Below, one piece after another: positions 37,027-47,167 of a stretch of 64,000 nucleotides of DNA. The stretch is from Bacteroidales bacterium. GTDB lineage: Bacteria > Bacteroidota > Bacteroidia > Bacteroidales > UBA7960. How positions within the stretch are numbered: the stretch's first letter is position 1; every line of letters starts with the position of its first letter. The notes beneath the pieces are model-generated. The model saw nothing but the letters and a program-made list of their open reading frames with translations, searched no databases and had not been told where the DNA came from. Location of the stretch: contig SLSZ01000066.1 in assembly GCA_007130125.1 (NCBI GenBank), forward strand, positions 7,578 to 71,577, read 5' to 3'. Made by a program: the position numbers and the translations under genes.

Positions 37027-37752
37027 ATGGATAAACAAAAGATTAAAGTATTACTGGCAGAAGATGACCCAAACCTGGGCACTATTCTAAAAGCATACCT
37101 TGAAGCAAAAGGGTTTCCTACAACTTTATGTGTTGATGGGCAGCAAGCTTATGATCAATATCTTAAGGAATCATTTGATTTTTGCATCCTTGATGTAATG
37201 ATGCCACTCAAAGATGGGTTCACTTTAGCCAAAGAGATCAGAAAGTTGGATAAACAGATACCAATTCTGTTTCTCACAGCTAAAACTATGCAGGAGGATG
37301 TTATTGAAGGCCTGAAAATAGGAGCTGACGATTATATTACAAAACCGTTCAGTATGGAGGAGTTGCTATTGCGAATAAACGCAATTTACAGAAGATACTC
37401 TCCTGACACAGACAAGTCTTTGCAGAAAACTTATTTCCACATAGGAAAATACACTTTTGACTTTTCACGACAACTGCTTTCAATAGGTGACAAACAACAA
37501 AAGCTTACATCCAAAGAAGCTCAGCTGTTGAAAATGCTTTGTGATAACGCTAATAAAGTTCTCGACCGTTCAGATGCTTTGAAGCAAATATGGTTCGATG
37601 ACAACTATTTCAATGCAAGAAGCATGGACGTCTATATAGCTAAATTGAGAAAATATCTTAAGGACGACCCCGATGTGGAACTTATGAACGTACATGGAAA
37701 AGGGTTTAAGCTTGTTGTGAATGAGAGAAAAGAAGAAAGAGAACAGGGCTAA
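37027..37752 (+). CDS. OmpR/PhoB-type response regulator (receiver plus winged-helix)
   Basis: KVLLAEDDPNLG...DFCILDVMMP..DG...PILFLTAK...GADDYITKPF, then a trans_reg_C-like domain (LTSKEAQLLKML...RSMDVYIAKLRKYL...GKGFKL). Confidence 0.9.
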   Translation: MDKQKIKVLLAEDDPNLGTILKAYLEAKGFPTTLCVDGQQAYDQYLKESFDFCILDVMMPLKDGFTLAKEIRKLDKQIPILFLTAKTMQEDVIEGLKIGADDYITKPFSMEELLLRINAIYRRYSPDTDKSLQKTYFHIGKYTFDFSRQLLSIGDKQQKLTSKEAQLLKMLCDNANKVLDRSDALKQIWFDDNYFNARSMDVYIAKLRKYLKDDPDVELMNVHGKGFKLVVNERKEEREQG

Positions 37753-37881
37753 AACCTTGTGGTTAAAATAACAAGATCCTGAAGCCATATTTTGATCATA
37801 TTTGCAGTATTATATCAATGCCCTTTTTGTAATTTTATTGCAAAAGGGCACTCATAACACAACATTAAACTTTCAGGATAT

Positions 37882-39270
37882 ATGCAGGATGAACGAAGGG
37901 TTTTTTCTCTTTTGGAAATTACGCAAAGTCTCAGATCTGTTATCGAGCGTAATTATACATCCACATACTGGATAAAGGCTGAAGTGGCCAAACTCAATTA
38001 TTATCCGCGCAGCGGGCACTGTTACCCCGAACTTGTTGAAAAGTCCGGTAATATCGTTAAGGCGCAAATGCGCGCTACTATCTGGGCTAGCGATTATCAA
38101 AACATCAGCAATAATTTCCAAAACATTGTAGGAGAACCCTTAAAAGAGGGAATAAGCATTCTGTTCAGGGCTTCAATAACCTTTCACCCCGTTTACGGCC
38201 TCTCACTGAATATTGTCGAAATTGAACCGTCATTCACCCTTGGTGAAATGGCACGTGAAAAGCAAAAAACAATTGAGCGGCTTATTAAGGAAGAGCTCTT
38301 TGAGAAAAATAAAAGCACACAAATGCCGCTTTTACCCTCAAGAATTGCAGTTATTTCGGTAGAAACCAGCAAAGGTTATCACGATTTCTTGAAAATTATT
38401 GAAAATAATCCGCGTAATTTTGCTGTTAAACATACGCTATTCCCGGCAATATTGCAAGGAGACCGTGCCGTAGAAACAATATCTGCACAAATGAGAATTA
38501 TCAGAAAAAATCATGATGATTACGATGCTGTGGCTATAATCAGGGGCGGAGGCGGTGATATCGGGCTCAACTGTTACGATAATTACCAAATGGCAAAAGA
38601 AGTAGCTCTATGCCCAATCCCTGTGATCACAGGAATTGGACATTCCACTAACGAAACTATTGTTGAGATGATAGCCTGGGAAAACAAAATTACACCCACA
38701 GATGTTGCTTACTTCTTAATTCAGAAATTCGAATCATTTTCCGACCGAATGGAAAACAACCAAAGAAGCATAATATATAGCGCTGAAAATCTATTAAAAC
38801 AAGAGAACTTCAGAATCAAACACTCATGGGAAATGATCAAAGCTCATTCGGTCAATAATATTCAAAACAGCTCTTATAAAGTTTATAGCCTGGCAAAGTA
38901 TGTACACGATATATCAAGAAGCAAAATCAGATATGAAAAAAACCAATTGTCGGCTAATGCATCAAAAATTGCGTATTTGCCCAAAAAACACCTTTTTAAA
39001 CAACATTTGAAACTAAATGTGTTTAACAAACTATTTCCGGTTGTTTCTTATAAAAAGATAAGTGAAGAACAAAACAAAATTTCTATAATTGACAACAAAA
39101 CAAATCTTTTAAACCCTGAAAAGATATTACAGAGAGGGTATTCCATCACTCTAAACAATGGAAAGCAAATAAAAGACAGTGCATCTGTTAAGAAAAATGA
39201 TGAAATAGAAACAATATTGAGCAAAGGAAAAATAATCAGTACCGTTAAAAATTTAAAAGATCAAATATAG
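37882..39270 (+). CDS. xseA: Exodeoxyribonuclease VII large subunit
   Basis: FSLLEITQSLRSVIERNY.STYWIKAEVAKLN.Y.RSGHCYPELVEK (OB-fold N-terminus), IAVISVETSKGYHDF, IIRGGGG, PVITGIGHSTNETI. Confidence 0.9.
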   Translation: MQDERRVFSLLEITQSLRSVIERNYTSTYWIKAEVAKLNYYPRSGHCYPELVEKSGNIVKAQMRATIWASDYQNISNNFQNIVGEPLKEGISILFRASITFHPVYGLSLNIVEIEPSFTLGEMAREKQKTIERLIKEELFEKNKSTQMPLLPSRIAVISVETSKGYHDFLKIIENNPRNFAVKHTLFPAILQGDRAVETISAQMRIIRKNHDDYDAVAIIRGGGGDIGLNCYDNYQMAKEVALCPIPVITGIGHSTNETIVEMIAWENKITPTDVAYFLIQKFESFSDRMENNQRSIIYSAENLLKQENFRIKHSWEMIKAHSVNNIQNSSYKVYSLAKYVHDISRSKIRYEKNQLSANASKIAYLPKKHLFKQHLKLNVFNKLFPVVSYKKISEEQNKISIIDNKTNLLNPEKILQRGYSITLNNGKQIKDSASVKKNDEIETILSKGKIISTVKNLKDQI

Positions 39271-39317
39271 TCGCCAACAAGCCAATACCAATACCAATAA
39301 AATTAAACAAAGATAAA

Positions 39318-39548
39318 ATGGATGAATCAATCAAATATTCAGAAGCAATAGAAGAGCTTGAAAATATTGTTAATGAAATCGAAGACGACCGGATCTCATT
39401 AGATGAACTTACAAATAAGCTTAAAAGAGCCTCTTCTCTGATAAAAATCTGTAAAAAAGCACTTTTTGAAACCGAACAGGAGGTAAAGACAATTTTGGAT
39501 GAGATGAATGAATCCTCAACTGAGCAAGAATCTTCCGAAGAAAATTAA
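39318..39548 (+). CDS. xseB: Exodeoxyribonuclease VII small subunit
   Basis: 76 aa. YSEAIEELENIVNEIEDDRISLDELTNKLKRASSLIKICKKAL matches the XseB helical hairpin. It lies directly after xseA. Confidence 0.85.
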   Translation: MDESIKYSEAIEELENIVNEIEDDRISLDELTNKLKRASSLIKICKKALFETEQEVKTILDEMNESSTEQESSEEN

Positions 39549-39652
39549 ACTTATTTAACCTCAGGTTTGTTTATATTTAAACACTGAATTTTTCTGCTTA
39601 GGGTTCCTTGACTCTCTGTGGTAAAAAAATTAACTGTTAAACAGTAAATGAT

Positions 39653-39660
39653 TAATTTTG
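39653..39660 (+). promoter_or_regulatory. Candidate -7 box (TAATTTTG) for the suf operon
   Basis: Matches TAnnTTTG, 80 nt upstream of the sufB ATG. No clear -33 element. Confidence 0.3.
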
Positions 39661-39740
39661 CAAAACATTTTTCTTTGCATTATTAAAATCGTGCAGCTTT
39701 ATAAGCCGGATTAATCAACTATTTTGGACAAATAAACATT

Positions 39741-41189
39741 ATGCAAAACGATAAAGACAACATAATAAACAAGGTTACTCAAGATGACTACAAGTATGGT
39801 TTTTACACCGACATTGAGACTGACAGGGCTCCTAAAGGCTTAAGCGAAGACACTATTCGCTTTATATGGGAAAAGAAAAAGGAACCTGACTTTATGCTTG
39901 ATTTTCGTCTGAAAGCATTCAGGCACTGGCAAAAAATGAAAGAACCCACATGGGCGCACGTAAAATATAAGCCAATAGATTACCAGGACATAACATATTA
40001 TGCTGCTCCGCGCAAAAAACCCAAATACGAAAGCCTGAACCAGGTAGATCCTGAGTTACTTGAAACCTTCAACAAGCTTGGAATACCAATTGAAGAGCAA
40101 AAGATGCTGTCGGGAGTCGCCGTTGACGCTGTTATGGACAGTGTTTCAATAGCAACAACCTACAAAAAAAAGCTTGCAAAACACGGAATTATCTTTTCAT
40201 CTTTTAGTGAAGCTTTACAGGAACATCCTGAGTTAGTTGAAAAATATATTGCAACTGTAGTACCATATACCGACAACTTTTTTGCTGCACTAAACTCAGC
40301 TGTATTCAGCGACGGCTCTTTTGTTTATATACCAAAGGGTGTAAAATGCCCAATGGAACTGTCAACATATTTCAGAATAAATGCTGCCAACACCGGGCAG
40401 TTTGAAAGAACACTTATAGTGGCTGAGGAAGGCAGCTATGTCAGCTATCTTGAAGGGTGTACAGCACCTATGAGAAGCGAAAATCAGTTGCATGCTGCAA
40501 TAGTGGAAATTATTGCACACAAAGATGCCGAAGTGAAATACTCGACAGTTCAAAACTGGTGGCCGGGCGACAAACAAGGCAAGGGTGGCGTATACAACTT
40601 TGTTACTAAAAGAGGTATTTGCAAGGAAGAAAATGCAAAAATATCCTGGACACAAGTAGAAACAGGCTCATCAGTTACATGGAAATACCCAAGCCTTATC
40701 CTCAAAGGCGATAATACCATAGGGGAATTCTTCTCCGTTGCTGTTACAAACAATATGCAGCAAGCAGATACAGGCACAAAAATGATACATCTCGGTAAAA
40801 ATTCACGAAGTACAATAATAAGTAAAGGCATCTCTGCCGGAAACAGCAACAATAGCTACCGGGGTCTTGTAAAAATGTCCAAAGATGCCGTCAATTCAAG
40901 AAATTTTTCTCAATGTGACTCATTATTGCTTGGAAATAAATCCGGCGCACATACATTTCCTTATATTGATGTAGCAAACAAATCATCGGTTGTTGAACAT
41001 GAAGCAACCACCAGCAAAATATCTGAAGATCAACTGTTTTATTGTATGCAACGAAGTATTGACATGGAAAATGCCATAGGATTGATAGTAAACGGCTATG
41101 CCAAAGAAGTGCTGAACAAACTGCCAATGGAGTTTGCTGCTGAAGCACAAAAGCTCCTGTCAATAAGCCTGGAGGGAAGTGTTGGTTAG
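39741..41189 (+). CDS. sufB: Fe-S cluster assembly scaffold SufB
   Basis: 482 aa. YKYGF.TDIE, EGCTAP, QNWW...[37 protein letters not shown]. Confidence 0.95.
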   Translation: MQNDKDNIINKVTQDDYKYGFYTDIETDRAPKGLSEDTIRFIWEKKKEPDFMLDFRLKAFRHWQKMKEPTWAHVKYKPIDYQDITYYAAPRKKPKYESLNQVDPELLETFNKLGIPIEEQKMLSGVAVDAVMDSVSIATTYKKKLAKHGIIFSSFSEALQEHPELVEKYIATVVPYTDNFFAALNSAVFSDGSFVYIPKGVKCPMELSTYFRINAANTGQFERTLIVAEEGSYVSYLEGCTAPMRSENQLHAAIVEIIAHKDAEVKYSTVQNWWPGDKQGKGGVYNFVTKRGICKEENAKISWTQVETGSSVTWKYPSLILKGDNTIGEFFSVAVTNNMQQADTGTKMIHLGKNSRSTIISKGISAGNSNNSYRGLVKMSKDAVNSRNFSQCDSLLLGNKSGAHTFPYIDVANKSSVVEHEATTSKISEDQLFYCMQRSIDMENAIGLIVNGYAKEVLNKLPMEFAAEAQKLLSISLEGSVG

Positions 41190-41271
41190 AGGTTATTGGT
41201 TTGGTTTTATAATTCAGAAAGCGAGTTCTTAGGATAAAATTATAGTAGAGTATTTACAAAGCAGAATTAAG

Positions 41272-42027
41272 ATGTTAAAAATAAAAAATTTAAACGTTTC
41301 CGTAGAAGGGAAGACAATATTGAAAGGCTTGAATCTTGAAGTAAATGAAGGGGAGGTGCATGCTATCATGGGGCCTAACGGTTCGGGAAAAAGCACCCTT
41401 GCATCGGTTATTGCCGGACGTGATTACTTCACTGTGGAAAAGGGTGAAGTAACATATATGGGGAAAAACTTGCTGGAAATACCTCCTGAAGTTAGAGCGA
41501 AAGAAGGAATATTTCTTGGTTTTCAATATCCAATTGAAATTCCGGGAGTCAGCATGACTAATTTTATGAGAACCGCTATAAATGAAAAGCGCAAGCATTT
41601 AGGACTCAAGCCCTTGACGGGCGCTGATTTTCTTAAGCTTATTGAAGAAAAAAAGAAATTGGTTAAAATTGAATCTAAACTTACCAACAGGTCGGTAAAC
41701 GAAGGATTCTCGGGTGGTGAAAAAAAGAAAAACGAGATCTTCCAAATGGCATTACTCGAGCCCAAGCTCTCTGTTCTTGATGAAACTGACTCAGGACTTG
41801 ATATAGACGCTTTAAAAGTAGTGGCTAATGGAGTAAACACGCTTAAAAGAAAAGATAATGCTACTATTCTTATAACACACTACCAGAGATTACTCGATTT
41901 TATCATTCCTGACTTTGTACATGTTCTTTATGACGGTCAAATAGTAAAAAGTGGTGGCAAAGAGCTCGCACTGGAGCTCGAAGAAAAAGGATACAACTGG
42001 ATCAAACAAGAGGTCCAGGCAGAATAA
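41272..42027 (+). CDS. sufC: Fe-S cluster assembly ATPase SufC
   Basis: Walker A GPNGSGKST, ABC signature FSGGEKKKNEI, Walker B LSVLDETDSGLD, H-loop ITHY. Confidence 0.95.
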   Translation: MLKIKNLNVSVEGKTILKGLNLEVNEGEVHAIMGPNGSGKSTLASVIAGRDYFTVEKGEVTYMGKNLLEIPPEVRAKEGIFLGFQYPIEIPGVSMTNFMRTAINEKRKHLGLKPLTGADFLKLIEEKKKLVKIESKLTNRSVNEGFSGGEKKKNEIFQMALLEPKLSVLDETDSGLDIDALKVVANGVNTLKRKDNATILITHYQRLLDFIIPDFVHVLYDGQIVKSGGKELALELEEKGYNWIKQEVQAE

Positions 42028-42051
42028 CTTAACAGCAAAATTTTGAAATAA

Positions 42052-43467
42052 ATGCCTGAAAACATAAAAACATCAAAAAAACAGGAAGTTTTCAAAAACA
42101 CCATGGAGGAGCTTTTTGAGAAAAAGTATGACCCCATAATGGAAAACTCTTCCCCGGTAATACAAAACCTAAGACAGAAAGCTTTTGAAATTTTCAAACA
42201 AAACGGGTTCCCCGACAAAAAAACTGAAAACTGGAGGTTTACCGATCTTGACCCATTATACCGAGATGATTACACTATTGATCTTGAAACAAAGTTCCAA
42301 AAAACAGATGTAAATAAAATTTTCACTTGTGATGTTTATGACCTTGACACCTATTGTGTGACACTAATAAACGGTTGGTTTGCATATAAAAACTCGCCTC
42401 TGACACAGTTGAAAGACGGAACGGTAATTGGCAGCCTTTTTAAAGCAATGGAAGTTTATCCGGAGATTGTTGAGAAACATCTGGGTTCAATTGCAAAACT
42501 CAGTGAACCGGGCTTTGTACCATTAAACACCATATTTATGCAAGACGGGTTATTTATTTATGTCCCCGATGACGTAAAAGTTGAAAAGCCTGTTCAGGTC
42601 ATAAATATTGTTGATTCTGAAAACCCGGTTTTTCTGCAACCAAGGAACCTTATTATTGCAGGGAAAAACAGCAAGATCACACTGATACATTGTGATCATA
42701 CATTAACCCATAATATAAGCTTTACCAATACTGTTTCTGAGGTGATCGTACAAGAGAATGCATATGTTGATCATTATAAAGTCCAGAACAAAGGACGGAA
42801 TTCATCATTGATAACTTCTTTATTTTTCAAACAGGAAAAAGATAGCCGGCTACTTAATAATGCCATAACCCTGAACGGAAAATTCACGAGAAATCAGGTT
42901 GACCTTTCTATAACAGGTGAAAATTGCCATGCAGACCTCAACGGACTATATCTTGTTGACAGCAACCAACATGTTGATAACCAGGTGTTTGTTGACCACA
43001 TGGCTCCTAACAGTTTGTCAAACCAGCTATACAAAGGTATTCTTGATGATCAGGCTAGCGGCGTATTCAGCGGCAAAGTTCTAGTAAGGAGGGACTCTCA
43101 AAAAACACAAGCCTATCAAAATAACAAAAACTTATTATTGACTGACGAAGCCAAAGTCAACACACAACCATTCCTTGAGATTTACGCCGATGATGTAAAA
43201 TGCAGCCATGGAGCCACAGTAGGACAACTTGATCCAAATGCTATGTTTTATCTAAGGTCGCGAGGACTCTGCGAACTTACGGCCCGCCAATTACTTATGT
43301 TTGCATTTGCCGATGAAATTGTAAATAAAATTTCTATAGAACCGCTAAGAGATAACATATCCAAGCTGGTTGAAAAAAGACTCAGGGGCGAACTGTCAAT
43401 CTGCGACCAGTGCATATTGAATTGCAGCAGCAGAGAGCCAAGGTTTATTCAAAATTTTATGGATTAA
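42052..43467 (+). CDS. sufD: Fe-S cluster assembly protein SufD
   Basis: 471 aa, positioned after sufC. The C-terminal beta-helix region has NQLYKGILDD.ASGVFSGKV.V....QKT.AYQ.NKNLLL...A.V.T.P.LEIYADDVKCSHGATVGQLD. Confidence 0.9.
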   Translation: MPENIKTSKKQEVFKNTMEELFEKKYDPIMENSSPVIQNLRQKAFEIFKQNGFPDKKTENWRFTDLDPLYRDDYTIDLETKFQKTDVNKIFTCDVYDLDTYCVTLINGWFAYKNSPLTQLKDGTVIGSLFKAMEVYPEIVEKHLGSIAKLSEPGFVPLNTIFMQDGLFIYVPDDVKVEKPVQVINIVDSENPVFLQPRNLIIAGKNSKITLIHCDHTLTHNISFTNTVSEVIVQENAYVDHYKVQNKGRNSSLITSLFFKQEKDSRLLNNAITLNGKFTRNQVDLSITGENCHADLNGLYLVDSNQHVDNQVFVDHMAPNSLSNQLYKGILDDQASGVFSGKVLVRRDSQKTQAYQNNKNLLLTDEAKVNTQPFLEIYADDVKCSHGATVGQLDPNAMFYLRSRGLCELTARQLLMFAFADEIVNKISIEPLRDNISKLVEKRLRGELSICDQCILNCSSREPRFIQNFMD

Positions 43468-43555
43468 TTTGATTACTGATATAATATTAACAAAAAATAT
43501 TGCAAACGAAAGTTATAAGCTGTAAAGATCTTCGATTAAAAAAATTAAAATTAGA

Positions 43556-43648
43556 CCACAGAGAGTTACCCAGAGTAAACTAAAGTTTATAAGTAACGGG
43601 CAGTAAGCTAAAAAATTAAATTCTGTGTAACTCTGTGATGCTATGTGG
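43556..43648. repeat. Imperfect inverted repeat in the 218-bp sufD-sufS gap
   Basis: CACAGAG(AG)TTAC (43557-43569) pairs with GTAACTCTGTG (43627-43637), 11 bp with a 2-nt bulge. A second partial copy, CTATGTGG, lies at 43641-43648. A GTAACGG unit lies at 43593-43599. Confidence 0.45.
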
Positions 43649-43685
43649 CTTAACATTTTTAAGAACTTCAAATAATCTAAATTAT

Positions 43686-44906
43686 ATGAATTTTGACATT
43701 CAACAACTGCGCAAACAATTCCCCGCTTTACATCAGCAAGTTAACAAAAAGCCTTTTGTTTATTTTGACAATGCTGCCACTACTCAAAAGCCAAAGATAG
43801 TCATAGACCGGCTCAATGATTATTACAACAATGAAAATTGCAACATTCACCGCGGAGATTATCACCTGAGCCGTAAAGCTACAGAAGCTTATGAGAATAC
43901 TCGAAAAGCAGTGCAGACGTTCATAAACGCCCAACACCATCATGAAGTCATCTTCACACGTGGTACTACGGAAGCTATCAACCTTGTAGCTTCCTCTTTT
44001 TCAAAAGAATTCATTAATAAGGGTGATCAGGTGCTTATCTCGGCAATGGAGCACCATTCCAACATAGTACCATGGCAATTAGCATGCAAGGAAAGAGGTG
44101 CAGAGCTTAAAGTAATTCCCATCAATCAAAAGGGCGAGATCATCATGGATGAATACTATAAAATGCTCAATGATAAAACCCGCATTGTTGCCGTTGCTCA
44201 TGTTAGCAATTCACTTGGAACGATAAACCCCGTAAAACAAATCATTGAAGCGGCCCATGAAAAAGACATACCAGTTCTTTTGGATGGAGCACAGGCAATG
44301 CCTCATATAAAAGTTGACGTAACTGAACTCAATTGCGACTTCTATTGTTTCTCGGGGCATAAAATGTACGGGCCAATGGGTGTTGGTGTGCTATACGGTA
44401 AAGAAGAATGGCTCGAGCAGATGCCCCCATACCAGGGAGGAGGTGAAATGATTAGCGAAGTGACTTTTGCTAAAACAACATTCAACGAACTGCCTTTCAA
44501 GTTTGAAGCCGGAACACCTAACGTTGCTGATGTACTTGGACTAGAAAAAGCTATGAGCTTTATATCTTCACTGGGGTATAAAAACATACAAAAGCATGAA
44601 AAGGAACTTCTGGAATACACAAAAAAGAAAATAAAAAATATTGATAAAATTAAACTGATTGGTACTGCAAATAATAAAACTGCCGTATTTTCTTTCCTCT
44701 TCGAGGATATTCACCCCTATGATACCGGAGTTATTCTGGATAATTTAGGTATAGCAGTAAGAACTGGACATCATTGCACACAACCCTTAATGGATTACTT
44801 CCAGATACCCGGCACAGTAAGAGCATCAATGGCTGTATATAACACAACCGAAGAAGTGGACAAGTTTATTGAAGGTTTAAAGACGGTGAGGAAAATGTTT
44901 GGGTAA
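43686..44906 (+). CDS. sufS: Cysteine desulfurase SufS (class V aminotransferase, group II)
   Basis: YFDNAATTQKP, HRG.H.LS, EHHSN.VPWQ, SGHKMYGP.G.GVLYG (PLP Lys), RTGHHCTQPL (catalytic Cys loop). Start moved to ATG 43686 (MNFDIQQLRKQFP). Confidence 0.92.
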   Translation: MNFDIQQLRKQFPALHQQVNKKPFVYFDNAATTQKPKIVIDRLNDYYNNENCNIHRGDYHLSRKATEAYENTRKAVQTFINAQHHHEVIFTRGTTEAINLVASSFSKEFINKGDQVLISAMEHHSNIVPWQLACKERGAELKVIPINQKGEIIMDEYYKMLNDKTRIVAVAHVSNSLGTINPVKQIIEAAHEKDIPVLLDGAQAMPHIKVDVTELNCDFYCFSGHKMYGPMGVGVLYGKEEWLEQMPPYQGGGEMISEVTFAKTTFNELPFKFEAGTPNVADVLGLEKAMSFISSLGYKNIQKHEKELLEYTKKKIKNIDKIKLIGTANNKTAVFSFLFEDIHPYDTGVILDNLGIAVRTGHHCTQPLMDYFQIPGTVRASMAVYNTTEEVDKFIEGLKTVRKMFG

Positions 44907-45017
44907 AAAAATAAGAGGATTTTTTCCCCACAGATTCTGTTTTCCTATAATTACTTTATAAGCATATCTGCAGAAGATAAATTTTCACAAAAATTCAACA
45001 ATTAAATTTTAAAGCTT

Positions 45018-45494
45018 ATGACAGACAAAAACCCCATTGAAGCATATAAATTAATCACGAGAACTTATGGTATAATGTTTATTGCCATAATTGTTTGCAT
45101 CGTTTCAGTATCTTTATATGTTAGCAACCTGGGAAGTATTATTGACGCTGAAGCTTCTTCTGCATTTTTTATGCAATTAGGGGCAGTTGCCATAACGATA
45201 GCTGTTATTCCGTTTGGATATATCTCCTCGCAAAAAATTATAAAAAACATTGACCCCGCACTATCTTTGTCAAAAAAGCTTTTGCCTTATCGCAAAGCCT
45301 TGACACTGCGTTTCACATCTATTCTTGCAGCCGCTTTTTTTGTCAGTATGTTTTTTTGGTTTACTGCAAACACCAACCTCATGATCATCCTGGCAATAGT
45401 TCTGTTATTCTATCTGATCAGTAAACCTAATCCTTTCAAAACAGCCGATGACCTTAATTTAAGCGAGGAAGACAAACATAAGCTGATGGGATAA
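45018..45494 (+). CDS. Hypothetical 4-TM membrane protein between sufS and sufE
   Basis: 158 aa with four hydrophobic segments. Same strand as the suf genes, with 111-bp and 82-bp gaps. I recognise no motif. Confidence 0.6.
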   Translation: MTDKNPIEAYKLITRTYGIMFIAIIVCIVSVSLYVSNLGSIIDAEASSAFFMQLGAVAITIAVIPFGYISSQKIIKNIDPALSLSKKLLPYRKALTLRFTSILAAAFFVSMFFWFTANTNLMIILAIVLLFYLISKPNPFKTADDLNLSEEDKHKLMG

Positions 45495-45576
45495 TAATAA
45501 CCCGATTTCAAACCAAATTGTTTTATTTTTGTTTATCATTAAACAAGTTGTTAATCTATAAACATAAAAGTAAATT

Positions 45577-46005
45577 ATGACATTGAAAGATATTGAAACT
45601 GAAATCATTTCAGAATTTGAGATGTTTGATGACTGGACTGACAAGTACAATTATCTGATTGAACTGGGAAAGTCCTTGCCGGAGATAGATGAAAAATACA
45701 AACAACAACAGTATCTTATAAAAGGTTGTCAATCGCAAGTTTGGCTTCATGCAAGTTATGAAGACGGTAAAATTAATTTTACAGCTGACAGTGATGCCTT
45801 AATTACCAAAGGTATTGTAGCTTTATTGCTGCGTGTTTTGTCAGGCCGAACACCTGACGAAATAATCAATTCCGACCTTGCGTTTATTGACAAGATCGGT
45901 CTTAAAGAACACCTATCTCCTACACGAGCAAACGGGCTTACCAATATGATCAAACAAATAAAACTTTATGCCATGGCTTTTAAAGCCAAATACGAAAAAG
46001 AATAA
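45577..46005 (+). CDS. sufE: SufE-family sulfur acceptor protein
   Basis: 142 aa. YLIELGK.LP, IKGCQSQVWLHA (active-site Cys motif), LLLRVLSGRTPDEI, LSPTRANGL. Confidence 0.85.
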   Translation: MTLKDIETEIISEFEMFDDWTDKYNYLIELGKSLPEIDEKYKQQQYLIKGCQSQVWLHASYEDGKINFTADSDALITKGIVALLLRVLSGRTPDEIINSDLAFIDKIGLKEHLSPTRANGLTNMIKQIKLYAMAFKAKYEKE

Positions 46006-46246
46006 AATATAATTTCATCGATAAAAAGGAAGGCAAATATATGTTGGGATTTGCCAATTATCAGCTGATATAAGCATATAACCTATAAAAAACTGCAGAC
46101 TATTGATCTTCAACTTTTTTATTTGGAAAAATGTAGATTTTAACCTTTGCACTTAAAAAAAAGGTTGTATTTTTGACCCGTTGCAAATTGGTAATTATTT
46201 AACAACAAACTTGTTTGATATTAATTATTAATAAAAACTTAAGCAT

Positions 46247-46624
46247 ATGAAATTTCCTGAAAATTTAAAGTACACAAAAGATCATGAATGGGTAAAAGTG
46301 GAAGGCGATGAAGCTTATGTAGGAATTACTGACTTTGCCCAAAATGAGTTGGGAGACATTGTATACATTGAGGTTGATACTGAAGGCGAAACTCTTGAAA
46401 AGGAAGAAACTTTTGGAACGATTGAAGCGGTAAAAACGGTATCTGATCTCTTTATGCCTATTACAGGTGAAGTTCTTGAATTCAATGAAAAGTTGGAAAG
46501 TTCACCTGATTTAATAAATAAAGATCCATATAATGAAGGATGGATCATTAAAATAAAAATATCCAATAAAGAAGAGTTGGAAGAGCTGCTTTCGGTTGAG
46601 AAATACAAAAAGTTGGTAGAATAA
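46247..46624 (+). CDS. gcvH: Glycine cleavage system protein H
   Basis: [31 protein letters not shown], and the lipoyl-Lys motif [10 protein letters not shown]. Confidence 0.95.
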   Translation: MKFPENLKYTKDHEWVKVEGDEAYVGITDFAQNELGDIVYIEVDTEGETLEKEETFGTIEAVKTVSDLFMPITGEVLEFNEKLESSPDLINKDPYNEGWIIKIKISNKEELEELLSVEKYKKLVE

Positions 46625-46670
46625 TTTTAAAGCAATAAAGCTGGAACAGAAAAATCATAAAGGCTTTAAG

Positions 46671-47063
46671 TTGTTTTTACACTTGCTGCCTGCAATAATG
46701 TGGGCATTAGGGATATTTATTATAATTAGCTTACCAGGCAGTTCTATCCCTAAAAGCAGGTTTCTTAATATTGAAAACATTGATAAGGTAATACATTTTC
46801 TTTTGTTCTTTGTTTTTAGTTTACTCTTGAGTTTTGGGTTTTTCAGGCAACAAGTTCTTGAAAATGCACAAAAACATTATGTAGTTTATACTTTGGTGAT
46901 AAGTATATTCTATGGCGCTTTGACAGAATTTTTTCAGGCTGTAATGCTCCCTTCCCGTTTTGGGAATTTTTGGGATTTTCTAGCCAATTCAGCAGGAGCA
47001 ATTAGCGGGATCCTGGTTTTCAAAGTGTTATTAGAAGGAAGGTTTATAAATAAAACAACATAA
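46671..47063 (+). CDS. VanZ family membrane protein
   Basis: 130 aa, 4 TM, D/H-containing loop (NIDKVIHFLLFF), C-terminal DFLANSAGAISG, typical of VanZ-like proteins. TTG start in the track; an in-frame ATG lies at 46698. Confidence 0.65.
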   Translation: MFLHLLPAIMWALGIFIIISLPGSSIPKSRFLNIENIDKVIHFLLFFVFSLLLSFGFFRQQVLENAQKHYVVYTLVISIFYGALTEFFQAVMLPSRFGNFWDFLANSAGAISGILVFKVLLEGRFINKTT

Positions 47064-47167
47064 TCAAATATTAAGCGTTTACATTATAAACCATTAAAAA
47101 TTTTTTTTGTACTTTAGCAAAACAAACAGGATTGAAATAGATTTTTAAATAATAATCAATAAAAATT

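Noticed and set aside
39612-39621. CTCTCTGTGG (reverse complement of CCACAGAGAG at 43556-43565) as a second copy of the suf-gap repeat
   Set aside because: A 10-mer match is at chance level. It is noted only as something to include in a genome-wide repeat search.
39633-39645. Palindrome ACTGT-N3-ACAGT next to the candidate suf promoter, as a Fur/IscR-type operator
   Set aside because: The arms are only 5 bp and do not extend. This is too short to be meaningful, and it matches no operator consensus I can recall.
46006-46246. Glycine riboswitch upstream of gcvH
   Set aside because: No tandem aptamer-like conserved GGAGAG...CACCG elements are visible. The only features are a weak 7-bp hairpin (46032-46055) and a TATTTTTG -7-like box.
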